From the IMG/VR virus record IMGVR_UViG_3300042305_001986, positions 32,001-96,000 of that record: a stretch of DNA of 64,000 bases; one strand, written 5' to 3'. This DNA is from a virus. The position numbers and the translations under genes are program-made. Shown here in pieces: positions 48,252-57,278 of this stretch. The notes below the pieces were generated by a model, which made no database searches, was not told the origin of the DNA, and saw only the letters and a program-made list of their open reading frames with translations. Position 1 is the stretch's first letter, and the number at the start of each line of letters is the position of its first letter.

Positions 48252-48311
48252 CTTTTTTTTTCAAAATAATTTGTCTATTAAATTTTTTCCACATATATTT
48301 TTATAAAAAAA

Positions 48312-48899
48312 ATGCAAAGTTATAGAGTTCTTGTTAGTGGTTGGGAGAATCACTTTCGTACATTCGGGTTAGATAAATCTGATATTGAAACAATCAAAGA
48401 TATTTTGATGAAAAACGACACAGATAATATTGTGTCAGTTTATGAAGAAATTGAAACCATGCTCAGTCTTGCTGGTATGGAACTTATGGATATTTCACGA
48501 CCACATTTCAATCTTGAAAATCTTTGGTTCAAAGTTGAAGATTCCGATAATAATGTGGTTTGTGAATTTATCGGAACTGAAATCAACAATCATGAGGAAT
48601 TTCAGGATGAAGAAGATTTGTCAGAAACTTTCGATATTATGATGGATGAAGAATTCGAAAATGTTATGTTGTTTGTTGACGAATATAAGGGAGGTCTTTT
48701 TGAATTGAATATCGAATCCGATACAATTCCACAACCATCGGATTTTTCATTTGTAAGCGGATCAGTGGTTGCACCAAATTTCGAGATTGATTTTATCTCC
48801 AAAATCTTCTTTAAGGGGGAAATTTGTGCACCTCAATACACGTTGGACAACGATCATAAGGGATCCTCTGTGTATATGGTAAATGGTGATATTCTTTAA
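48312..48899 (+). CDS. acidic hypothetical protein
   Basis: 195-aa ORF. Confidence 0.7.
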   Translation: MQSYRVLVSGWENHFRTFGLDKSDIETIKDILMKNDTDNIVSVYEEIETMLSLAGMELMDISRPHFNLENLWFKVEDSDNNVVCEFIGTEINNHEEFQDEEDLSETFDIMMDEEFENVMLFVDEYKGGLFELNIESDTIPQPSDFSFVSGSVVAPNFEIDFISKIFFKGEICAPQYTLDNDHKGSSVYMVNGDIL

Positions 48900-48951
48900 T
48901 ATCGAAGTTTGACATTTTCCAAAATCGAATTATATTTTAATAACCAAATGA

Positions 48952-49689
48952 ATGAAAACCATGATTGAGAATCAAACACCATATCTTGGAAAGGTAAAAT
49001 TCAGGTTCCAAAAATCTCCGAATTATATCGGGAAGAGTATCCTGAACCAAGTTCATTTGGATCTCGGATTTGTTAAGTTGGTTAGTAGGGTTTTTCCCGA
49101 AAAGGACAAGAATGGATGGATTCCGGACATTAACAAAATTTATAAGATTAACAGATTTACCGGCGGATACATCAGGAAATATTCTTGGTCTCACTCGGGA
49201 GAAACCTTTAACATTCCAAACTCATTTGTTTCTAAAGATGGAACTTTGATCGGAGATCTAAGGACAGGTTGGTCGTATTATCAAAACAATTTAAAAGTTT
49301 GTGATGATTTTCCAAAAGGTGTTGCGATCAAATACGATGATGTTGAAAAAACAACTCATTATGCATCTCTAAAATATGGAACACCAAAAATAGTTGGATA
49401 TGTAACTTCAACACATAGGGGTGAATCATTATTCAAAATCGGTGATAGATACTTTGAATCCGACTATATTCCAAACATCCAAGATTATGATGAAAATGAA
49501 TGGAATAAATACAATTCCGAATTTATTCAATCTATAAAAAACGCAAAAGATTCCAACGAAAGAAAAAAGATTGAAGAAGGTGGAATCAGAAATTTCATAC
49601 CATTTTCAAGGTTAGGAAAAAAAAAGATCAAGACATTGTCTGAAGCAAAACAATCAGCAATAAATCTGTATACATATCTTTCGTCATGA
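48952..49689 (+). CDS. hypothetical protein
   Basis: 245-aa ORF. Confidence 0.7.
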   Translation: MKTMIENQTPYLGKVKFRFQKSPNYIGKSILNQVHLDLGFVKLVSRVFPEKDKNGWIPDINKIYKINRFTGGYIRKYSWSHSGETFNIPNSFVSKDGTLIGDLRTGWSYYQNNLKVCDDFPKGVAIKYDDVEKTTHYASLKYGTPKIVGYVTSTHRGESLFKIGDRYFESDYIPNIQDYDENEWNKYNSEFIQSIKNAKDSNERKKIEEGGIRNFIPFSRLGKKKIKTLSEAKQSAINLYTYLSS

Positions 49690-49940
49690 CCAAGACTGCC
49701 GGAAATATTATAGTGGAGGAAATCAGAATTGGTGACATTCATTATGAATATGATGGCCCAATTGGCATCAAATGTCAAGTAATCGAAGTTCCAACACAAG
49801 ATCAAAACGGAAATTGGACGTGGGTAAGTAAAAATTTAAAATCAGGTAAATTAATTCATTTTTTTGTTAGTGAACAGTATCCACAATTTTCACCGAAGCT
49901 TTATGATTATAATGCTTATGATGTAAAAGAATGGATATAA
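49686..49940 (+). CDS. hypothetical protein
   Basis: 84 aa, ATGA overlap. Confidence 0.65.
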   Translation: MTKTAGNIIVEEIRIGDIHYEYDGPIGIKCQVIEVPTQDQNGNWTWVSKNLKSGKLIHFFVSEQYPQFSPKLYDYNAYDVKEWI

Positions 49941-50022
49941 AAAATTTTATCAGAAAAATAAGAATTCTTTGGTTGAAATTTCAAAGGGAAACTTATTGGA
50001 ATAAAGTCAACAAAAATTGGAG

Positions 50023-50415
50023 ATGATTAAACCACCAACCAAGATTGAGATTAAAGAATCCCTCGGTAAAGGGTGGGGTGTCTTTGCAACTGAAGACATC
50101 GAAGAAGGTGAAATAATTGAAGAATGTTTAGTCCTGACCTTACCTATTCAAAAGGGTGAGGTCAGTTCTTTGTTTTTGGACTATCGTTTCAATTATCCAC
50201 AACAAGGTGAATGGACAGAACAAGTATTAGGGATGGGATATGCATCCTACTATAACCACTCAAATAACGCAAATGCTTATTGGAGGGATCATCCGACTCT
50301 CAAAGCGTTTCAATTCATCTCAAATAGGAAAATATTTAAATATGAAGAAATTTTTGTATATTATGGTGATGATAGTTATTGGGGTGATGGAAGAACTCAC
50401 GTAAATATTCTTTAA
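50023..50415 (+). CDS. SET-domain protein (putative lysine methyltransferase)
   Basis: GKGWGVFATEDIEEGEII, YYNHSNNAN, EEIFVYYG. Confidence 0.88.
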   Translation: MIKPPTKIEIKESLGKGWGVFATEDIEEGEIIEECLVLTLPIQKGEVSSLFLDYRFNYPQQGEWTEQVLGMGYASYYNHSNNANAYWRDHPTLKAFQFISNRKIFKYEEIFVYYGDDSYWGDGRTHVNIL

Positions 50416-50458
50416 TTCTAATAACTCATTATATTTATATAAAAATAGAATTTTATTA

Positions 50459-51349
50459 ATGAAAATTAATGGTGTAACACTTACAGGTGGATCTTCAGGA
50501 ACATCAGGTTCGAGCGGAACATCAGGTTCGAGCGGAACATCAGGTTCGAGCGGAACATCAGGTTCGAGCGGAACATCAGGTTCGAGCGGAACATCAGGTT
50601 CGAGCGGAACATCAGGAGTTGCAGGTGGTGTTAGATATAATTTCACCGCAACCACAACCGATACAGATCCAGGTAATGGTCTTGTGTCTTACAATAACGC
50701 AACAATTGCTTCTGTTACATTCTTGTATATTGATAACGTAGACCAGTTAGGTAATACTCAGACTGCGTGGTTCAATACATGGGATGACAGTACAACCACA
50801 GCAACTAGAGGTGTTGTAACTCTATATAGTCGAGACACAGGGACAGTAGTGAATCAATTTCAAGTTACGAGTACTGTTACAGTTGCTAGTGGATATTATA
50901 AAATTCCTGTGTCTTATATAAGTGGAACTTTACCTACTAATAATGCCGCTTTAGCTATAGACTTTAGTCGAACAGGTAATTCAGGTTCTTCAGGAACATC
51001 AGGTTCTTCAGGAACATCAGGTTCTTCAGGGATTAACGCGTTTCCTGTGGTCAGTTACACTGCAACTTCTGTGACTTTGGGAACGGCAGATGCAAGTGAT
51101 TATCTTAGGATGAATAATGCCAGTGCAATAACCGCGTCAATACCACCTCAATCTTCAGTCACTTGGGCCAATGACACCGAAATTATTATTGAACAAGCGG
51201 GAGCTGGTAAGGTAACACTTAGTGGAGGTTCAGGTGTAACATTAAATTATAGTTCTTTGAGTGCTCAAACTAGAACTCAATATTCAGTTATTGGTTTAAA
51301 AAGAGTAAGTCAAAATGTTTGGACAATATTCGGAGATTTAACAACATGA
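50459..51349 (+). CDS. tail-fibre/virion fibre-like protein with GTSGSS repeats
   Basis: Two (GTSGSS)n tracts, beta-rich domains, C-terminal WTIFGDL; TATTTAT upstream. Confidence 0.65.
   Translation: MKINGVTLTGGSSGTSGSSGTSGSSGTSGSSGTSGSSGTSGSSGTSGSSGTSGVAGGVRYNFTATTTDTDPGNGLVSYNNATIASVTFLYIDNVDQLGNTQTAWFNTWDDSTTTATRGVVTLYSRDTGTVVNQFQVTSTVTVASGYYKIPVSYISGTLPTNNAALAIDFSRTGNSGSSGTSGSSGTSGSSGINAFPVVSYTATSVTLGTADASDYLRMNNASAITASIPPQSSVTWANDTEIIIEQAGAGKVTLSGGSGVTLNYSSLSAQTRTQYSVIGLKRVSQNVWTIFGDLTT
50498..50616 (+). repeat. 18-bp perfect tandem repeat ggaacatcaggttcgagc x6.6
   Basis: Coding repeat; a second tract with different codons at ~50981-51030. Confidence 0.95.
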
Positions 51350-51852
51350 GAACATTTTTTTATTTTTTAGATACCGGACAAATAGGTGACATTCGAGAAG
51401 GTAGGTACATGGTTGACGGTTTGCCAGGTTGGTTACCTGATAATATTGTCGAAATTGAGTATTGTGAAGACAATACTCCGATATTTGATCACAATTTACA
51501 AACAATAGAAACAAATGAACTATTGGACTTGAATCAAAAAAAATTCTTTGTAACACATTCAGTCAGAGATCTAACACCTCAAGAAATAGAAGATAGAAAA
51601 CCAAAATATAATGATTGCACACCTAGACAATTTAGGTTGGGGTTGTTAGACTACGGAATTGACCCTGATACGATTACTAACATGATTAGTCAAGTACCTG
51701 ACTTGGACGAAAGAAAAAGAATTCTAATAACTTGGGAATATGCCGTTCTCATAGAAAAAAATAACCCGTTGATTGTCAATTTTGCTCAATTGTTGGGTGT
51801 CGATCAGTCAGGTATCGATGAAATATTTAGATTAGCAAATCAATATAATTAA
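51346..51852 (+). CDS. tail fibre assembly/chaperone-like protein
   Basis: TPRQFRLGL...ITWEYA...PLI...LG...IDEIF pattern; coupled to the fibre gene. Confidence 0.55.
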   Translation: MRTFFYFLDTGQIGDIREGRYMVDGLPGWLPDNIVEIEYCEDNTPIFDHNLQTIETNELLDLNQKKFFVTHSVRDLTPQEIEDRKPKYNDCTPRQFRLGLLDYGIDPDTITNMISQVPDLDERKRILITWEYAVLIEKNNPLIVNFAQLLGVDQSGIDEIFRLANQYN

Positions 51853-51854
51853 AT

Positions 51855-52622
51855 ATGCCAAGTTCTATTTTTTCTGTTATACCAAAATTAAAAGGGGCAT
51901 TTACTCCTTATAATTGGAGTGCTTACAATAGTAATATGGAATGGAGAATTGACTTAACAAGTAGTGCATCGTATGTGGGAACCGGGACTTCGGTGACATC
52001 TTTAGGTCCTGGTGGTGGAACATGGACAGTTCAGGGAGATCCTCCATTTCAACAAGCAGGTTATGTAAAATATTTTAATCTTGATGGTTCAAGTGATGCT
52101 TATTATAGTAATACAAATTATACTTACAGCTCCACATTCACATATTGGGTTTGGGGTGCTTGGGTTTGGCATGATACAACTGCAACACTGGTAAAAAGGG
52201 AAATCTTTGGGATAGAAGATTCCTCAACAGATTTAATACAATTTACAGTTAATAGATCCGCTGGTGGTGTCTATAATATAATGGCATATATGAATAACGA
52301 ATCAACTCAAATCCCTTTTAATACATCAATAAATCCTGATACTTGGAATTTTTTATGTTTTGAACACAACATGTCAACAAATGCCGTTACACTGTATAAA
52401 AATGGAGTTTCAGCATCGACTATTACGAGTCAACCAGTCATCAACGTTGCGCTTGAAAGATACGTCATAGGAGCATCGAATGGATCTGGAACTGCAGGAA
52501 CGGGTAATTTTTGGTTAGGAAGAATACCCGAAGCATTTCTTTGGAGATCTACAACTAATACAGATAGAGCTGCAATGATCTCGGCGATTTATAACGGAAC
52601 AAAAGGTCGTTACGGTTTATAG
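51855..52622 (+). CDS. LamG/concanavalin A-like domain virion protein
   Basis: FNLDGSSD, TWNFLC, LYKNGV, FWLGRI motifs. Confidence 0.75.
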   Translation: MPSSIFSVIPKLKGAFTPYNWSAYNSNMEWRIDLTSSASYVGTGTSVTSLGPGGGTWTVQGDPPFQQAGYVKYFNLDGSSDAYYSNTNYTYSSTFTYWVWGAWVWHDTTATLVKREIFGIEDSSTDLIQFTVNRSAGGVYNIMAYMNNESTQIPFNTSINPDTWNFLCFEHNMSTNAVTLYKNGVSASTITSQPVINVALERYVIGASNGSGTAGTGNFWLGRIPEAFLWRSTTNTDRAAMISAIYNGTKGRYGL

Positions 52623-52642
52623 AATAAATATCATTTTATAGT

Positions 52643-53029
52643 ATGGATAGAGTTTTATTTTTAGTAAGAGGTGTACCGGGTGCTGGTAAAAGTACCCTTG
52701 CACCTTTTTTAACATCTAAACACATCGAAGCGGATATGTATTTCACAATCAATGGTGAGTATAATTTTGACTCATCAAAACTGATCTATGCACACAAATG
52801 GTGTCAAGATACATGTGAAGACATGATGAAGTGGTCCGAACCTAAGATTGTCGTTTCAAACACCTTCTCTACAGAGTGGGAAATGAATGTATACTATGAA
52901 TTGGCAGAAAAGTACGGATATAAGGTATTCAGTGTAATTGTTGAAAATAGACACGGAAATAGTTCGGTTCACAATCCACCTGACGATGTTGTAGAAAAGA
53001 TGAGAAATAGATTTGAGATAAAAATTTGA
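52643..53029 (+). CDS. P-loop kinase (AAA_33, polynucleotide-kinase-like)
   Basis: RGVPGAGKST, EADMYF, AHKWCQ, VVSNTF, HNPP. Confidence 0.85.
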   Translation: MDRVLFLVRGVPGAGKSTLAPFLTSKHIEADMYFTINGEYNFDSSKLIYAHKWCQDTCEDMMKWSEPKIVVSNTFSTEWEMNVYYELAEKYGYKVFSVIVENRHGNSSVHNPPDDVVEKMRNRFEIKI

Positions 53030-53037
53030 TCTCAAAA

Positions 53038-53081
53038 TTTGGAAAATTGAAAAATATGATATATCTTTGTGGTGTTCTTTG
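53038..53081 (+). promoter_or_regulatory. host-type promoter plus boxA-like element
   Basis: tttg 53038, tatctttg 53062-69, gttctttg 53074-81. Confidence 0.7.
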
Positions 53082-53097
53082 AATGAGGAAATAAATC

Positions 53098-53234
53098 GAT
53101 TGGTTGATGACCATCACCGAAATCTAGTAAGACATCTGTTGATGTTGTGAACGAAAGTAAGCGGTCATCGTAGAACCAACATCAGACCTGACGAGGAACC
53201 TGATGAGAGTTATTATAGGAGGAGACGAACCTCC
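53098..53234 (+). ncRNA. structured RNA candidate upstream of tRNA-Thr
   Basis: tggtt/aacca, gatgacc/ggtcatc, gacatc/gatgtt nested stems. Confidence 0.5.
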
Positions 53235-53241
53235 AAAAAAA

Positions 53242-53324
53242 GCCAGTGTCGCATAGTGGTCGATTGCACCTGATTTGTACTCAGGATCTGAAAAGACTCG
53301 GGGGTTCGAATCCCTCTACTGGCT
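53242..53324 (+). tRNA. tRNA-Thr(TGT) with long variable arm
   Basis: CCTGA-TTTGTAC-TCAGG; variable arm TCT-GAAA-AGA; G1-C72/C2-G71. Confidence 0.85.
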
Positions 53325-53334
53325 CTTTTAACTC

Positions 53335-53409
53335 GCCGGTGTGGCGGAATAGGTATACGCACATATTTTAGGTGTATGATAATTGTAGGTTCGAGTCCTA
53401 TCACCGGTA
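53335..53409 (+). tRNA. tRNA-Leu(TAG) with short variable region
   Basis: CATAT-TTTAGGT-GTATG; Leu-type D arm, A73; variable region only 6 nt. Confidence 0.82.
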
Positions 53410-53493
53410 CAAAAAGACACACATATAACAATTGTTTTTTATGTGTATGTCATTTTTTCAGTCGGATGATATTTATATTAAAAACAACTTAAT

Positions 53494-54258
53494 ATGAATA
53501 ATACTGAAAAAAAAATTTATGATAACCTCTCGCTGATAAAAAAAATGATTAGTGAAAATGATACTAAAGCAAACATATGTAGATTTTTGAATGTTAAACC
53601 TTCTACCCTTGAAAAGTATCTAAAAAAATATAATTTAAATTATTCAGGTAATCCCTCAAGAAAAGGATTACCTCATTATGAACAAAGAACTTCATATAAG
53701 GAATACACTGAAAATGGAAAGAGTATTTCATCATCACAACTACGTTTGAAATTAATAGAACAAGGTGTTAAAGAATCAAAATGTGAAATATGTCATTTAC
53801 ACAAATGGATGGGGAAAAACATACCTTTAGAATTACATCACATTGACAATAATCATTACAATAATAAATTGGAAAATTTGATGATATTATGTCCTAATTG
53901 TCATATGTTAATACATGATTACAATAACAAAATAAAAGAACCCAAAAAATTAAATCTGAAGAATAAAGAAACCAAAATAGATCAGATTTGTAAATTTTGT
54001 AGTGAAAAATTCAATGGAAGAAAACAACAAAAATATTGTTCAATTGAATGTAAAAATCAATCATCTAAAAAAAATATACCAAACAAAGAAATATTATTGG
54101 GAATAATAAATGAACTTAAATCTTATGTACAGGTTGGTAAGTTTTTTTCTGTCAGTGATAATACAATTAGAAAATGGTGTGAAAAATATCAAATTAATTT
54201 AACATGTGGAACGGAGAGTATGAAGATTAAAAAAGGAGTCATCTCTGACTCCTTCTAA
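53494..54258 (+). CDS. HNH homing endonuclease with HTH domains
   Basis: CEIC...W....IPLELHHIDNNHYNNKLENLMILCPNCH; zinc ribbon; C-terminal VSDNTIRKW HTH. Confidence 0.88.
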   Translation: MNNTEKKIYDNLSLIKKMISENDTKANICRFLNVKPSTLEKYLKKYNLNYSGNPSRKGLPHYEQRTSYKEYTENGKSISSSQLRLKLIEQGVKESKCEICHLHKWMGKNIPLELHHIDNNHYNNKLENLMILCPNCHMLIHDYNNKIKEPKKLNLKNKETKIDQICKFCSEKFNGRKQQKYCSIECKNQSSKKNIPNKEILLGIINELKSYVQVGKFFSVSDNTIRKWCEKYQINLTCGTESMKIKKGVISDSF

Positions 54259-54325
54259 ACCAAGGTATTTTATCTCCTTTTTATTGATTGGTTTATGATG
54301 TGAGGTGGTTAGTCTCACAACACGA

Positions 54326-55342
54326 TTAAGATACCAACTTGTTTTTGATATCGTCAAATGTCTTCTGTGTGTTCTTTAACAAATCACCATATTGAGGACA
54401 AATCTTATTTGTCAACTGTTGTTTGACCTTTGATTTGAATTCATCCTTTTTTATGTTGTCAATTATTTCAGATCTTAATAGATCTTCAATATCTTTTGGA
54501 ACACCAACGACATCAAATTTTTCATCTACCATTCCTTTGACCATTGCTTCATACATCATCTCAACAACTTTATTACAATCTGTAAATAAAGCTGGTACAG
54601 AATCATTTTCTAAATCTTCAATACTTGTTTCCAAACTCTTTTTGAATAGTTCACTTTCATTTGGTAACTTCTTCATCAACCACCCTTTGTAAGAATCTTT
54701 GATTTTTGGTATGAAAGTCGGATCATCATCATATAAAGATTTCATCAATTCTACCAATCCTTCTTTGATAAGAACGGAACTGTAATTCTGTTTTTTCAAA
54801 TAACTAACTTCGGATATTAGATTTGATGCCGTCCAAGTCTTTTTGGATTCTGAAAGAATATTAAATCTTTTGGATATGATATTCTTATCATTTTCTTTTT
54901 TTTGGAATTCTTCTTTTAAAATGTTTTTCATTGTTTTATTTTTAGATTCAGATGTCTGTTTTACAGAATTTTGAATTCTTTTGAACGCCATTTGAGTTTT
55001 ACTTGCGTCTTTTATGAAACTCGTAAAACTGTCCTTATTCCAAGTCGTATTATTTGTTAATTCAGTATCACCTTCAATATTTTTTATTAATTTGATTTCA
55101 TTTTTTGACTGATTGGTAGTTAAATAAATATTTTTATCTTTTTCGGATTGATAAAACTTAATACCTTCTCTTTCGTCAACTAAAAAATCAGGTACTATAC
55201 CAAAAGAATCTGATATATTTTTTAAACTAGCTTGATCTTTAATATCTTTAAGAGAAGTATCGTTTGAGAACTCAACATACTCTGATGGTGCCTGACCATC
55301 AACATCAGGACCTTGTTCAATAATTATTTTTTTAAAATTCAT
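54326..55342 (-). CDS. hypothetical protein (probable virion-internal)
   Basis: FKKIIIEQ leader; in an operon with two leader-bearing proteins. Confidence 0.7.
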   Translation of the reverse strand: MNFKKIIIEQGPDVDGQAPSEYVEFSNDTSLKDIKDQASLKNISDSFGIVPDFLVDEREGIKFYQSEKDKNIYLTTNQSKNEIKLIKNIEGDTELTNNTTWNKDSFTSFIKDASKTQMAFKRIQNSVKQTSESKNKTMKNILKEEFQKKENDKNIISKRFNILSESKKTWTASNLISEVSYLKKQNYSSVLIKEGLVELMKSLYDDDPTFIPKIKDSYKGWLMKKLPNESELFKKSLETSIEDLENDSVPALFTDCNKVVEMMYEAMVKGMVDEKFDVVGVPKDIEDLLRSEIIDNIKKDEFKSKVKQQLTNKICPQYGDLLKNTQKTFDDIKNKLVS

Positions 55343-55350
55343 TTTAAAAA

Positions 55351-57255
55351 TTACATGTTTTCATTTATGTCATACCAAGAACCATTAGTATAAACTCTCC
55401 AAACACCATCTGATGTCTTTTTTATCGGATATTCTTTATTTCCCCAATAAATATTTTCACCATCTCTTATTAATTGATTTTCTTTTTCATCATTCATAAC
55501 ATCTAATAAATCTTGAGGGAATTCTTCTTGGGTACTTGTTTCATTTTCTCTTGGAGATCCATCAGGTTCTCTTTGAGGCGCTTGTTCACCTTCTTGAGGT
55601 AGACCTACTTCACCTTCAATCTTTTCGACTTCGCTAGTTTCTAAACCACATATTTTATAAATACCTTCTTCTATTCCCTCAATCGTACCTCTATCTAATG
55701 AGCTAAGTATTAAAGCAACTAAAGAGTTTTGAAAAGTTCCGAGACCACCTGGTAATAAGTTAAGAATATTTCCTAACCCCGCTTCCATATAAACTGAGTT
55801 CATTCTTTCAACGAAATCATCAATAAGTACGGTTAGAAAATTTACGATTACACTTTCTGTATTTTCTCCTTCTCTACTTATTTCAAGTTCATACGCTTCA
55901 GGTGCAAAAATATTATAAACTCCCTTAACACTAGGTTCTAAGATCCACCAAGTGGAAACAATTGTGGACATAGCCGCCTGTCCTATTATTATACCTACAT
56001 TCATAGCAAAAAACGTTGCAAACGCAAATTCCGCAAATGTTTTTTTATCCGATCTACCTCTCATTTGCACTATTCTTCTCACCCACGCACCCCATGAATC
56101 AAATTGAGCAGTAAGTAAAAACTGTGTAACTGAATTGTTCCATCTAAGTAAAGAACTGAATCTACCTCCAACAATTTCCTTAAGATCATTAGTAAATTTA
56201 GCACCTGTATTCTTAAAATTATTTATTAATCTTTGATCTCCGTTATGAATTTCTTTCCAAGCACCAAAATAATCTCCTTCACTTTTTTCTAATTTTTCAA
56301 TAATTTCCTCAGGTATGTTATACTCTCTTAATATAGTTGAAGCATCTTTTTTACTTGTAGCGATAAGAACATTTATTTCTCTATTAAAACTTAAAGCATA
56401 TGCGTTAGTTAGTTCTTTTACTTTTTTATCTATTGTTTCTGGTGTATTACTAGCGTCTTTTAATATTTTTTGAAAACTTTGATAAAAACCATTGGTTAAA
56501 GATTCTATGTTTTTAATTGTAGTGTCACTTCCTTGAAACAAAACTTTAAATAAATCGTCAAAAAAAACGGTTGCTTTATCTTTAGTAATTATTCTATTAA
56601 GAGTGGCGATCTCAGTATCACTTAAGATCTTACCCGCAACATTAGAAATTTTTGGTGGGATCGTTGCCGCAAATTTACCTTGTTGTTTTAGGTTAATGTT
56701 ATTTGATATCTTATCTCTCAAAATTTGTTTTAATGTGTAATCATCCTCTGTAAAAATACTATCTAATACTTCATCAATAGATTTATCCTCATCATTCATC
56801 ATTTTTATTATAGCATTTAAAACTTGATCTTCGGTTTTAAAAGGTGAGTTTTGGACATTATAAATTGATTCTATAAATTTCTTGTAAATTTCATCCGTAG
56901 ATCCTTCACTTTTTTTAATTATCTGCGCTAAAATATATTGAGTACTTTTTGGAAACCCTTTTAAAATATCTTTAAAATTTGTACTATCTACAGTTCCATT
57001 ATTTACACCTTCAACTAAGGACTGTAGTTCTTCTATTTCTTTTTTAGGATACAGAACCCCGTCTATAACATAAGCATCTTCTTTAGTATTAAAAGTTGCA
57101 ATATCAACTTGATCCGACATTTTTTTAAGGACAGTATCCCAAAGAAATCCCAAACTCTCTCTGATTGGATTAGCAATTGACTCTTTTATCAAATTTCTTC
57201 TAACACCCATCAATGTATGAATTCTGTTAATTTCAGTTATTAATGTATTTTCCAT
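55351..57255 (-). CDS. probable virion-internal/ejection protein with hydrophobic helices
   Basis: EINRIHTLMG leader; hydrophobic FAEFAFATFFAMNVGIIIG...WWIL segment. Confidence 0.6.
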   Translation of the reverse strand: MENTLITEINRIHTLMGVRRNLIKESIANPIRESLGFLWDTVLKKMSDQVDIATFNTKEDAYVIDGVLYPKKEIEELQSLVEGVNNGTVDSTNFKDILKGFPKSTQYILAQIIKKSEGSTDEIYKKFIESIYNVQNSPFKTEDQVLNAIIKMMNDEDKSIDEVLDSIFTEDDYTLKQILRDKISNNINLKQQGKFAATIPPKISNVAGKILSDTEIATLNRIITKDKATVFFDDLFKVLFQGSDTTIKNIESLTNGFYQSFQKILKDASNTPETIDKKVKELTNAYALSFNREINVLIATSKKDASTILREYNIPEEIIEKLEKSEGDYFGAWKEIHNGDQRLINNFKNTGAKFTNDLKEIVGGRFSSLLRWNNSVTQFLLTAQFDSWGAWVRRIVQMRGRSDKKTFAEFAFATFFAMNVGIIIGQAAMSTIVSTWWILEPSVKGVYNIFAPEAYELEISREGENTESVIVNFLTVLIDDFVERMNSVYMEAGLGNILNLLPGGLGTFQNSLVALILSSLDRGTIEGIEEGIYKICGLETSEVEKIEGEVGLPQEGEQAPQREPDGSPRENETSTQEEFPQDLLDVMNDEKENQLIRDGENIYWGNKEYPIKKTSDGVWRVYTNGSWYDINENM

Positions 57256-57278
57256 ATTCTATTTTATCTATAATTATA

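Noticed and set aside
50498-50616. CRISPR array
   Set aside because: Perfect head-to-tail 18-bp repeats with no spacers, in frame in a coding gene; no cas genes seen.
53108-53128. Second leader peptide MTITEI before tRNA-Thr
   Set aside because: Very short, buried in a stem, and no terminator/antiterminator pair on the plus strand.
53187-53234. Hammerhead ribozyme (CTGACGAG/CTGATGAG cores)
   Set aside because: No stem II followed by GAAA in the required position.
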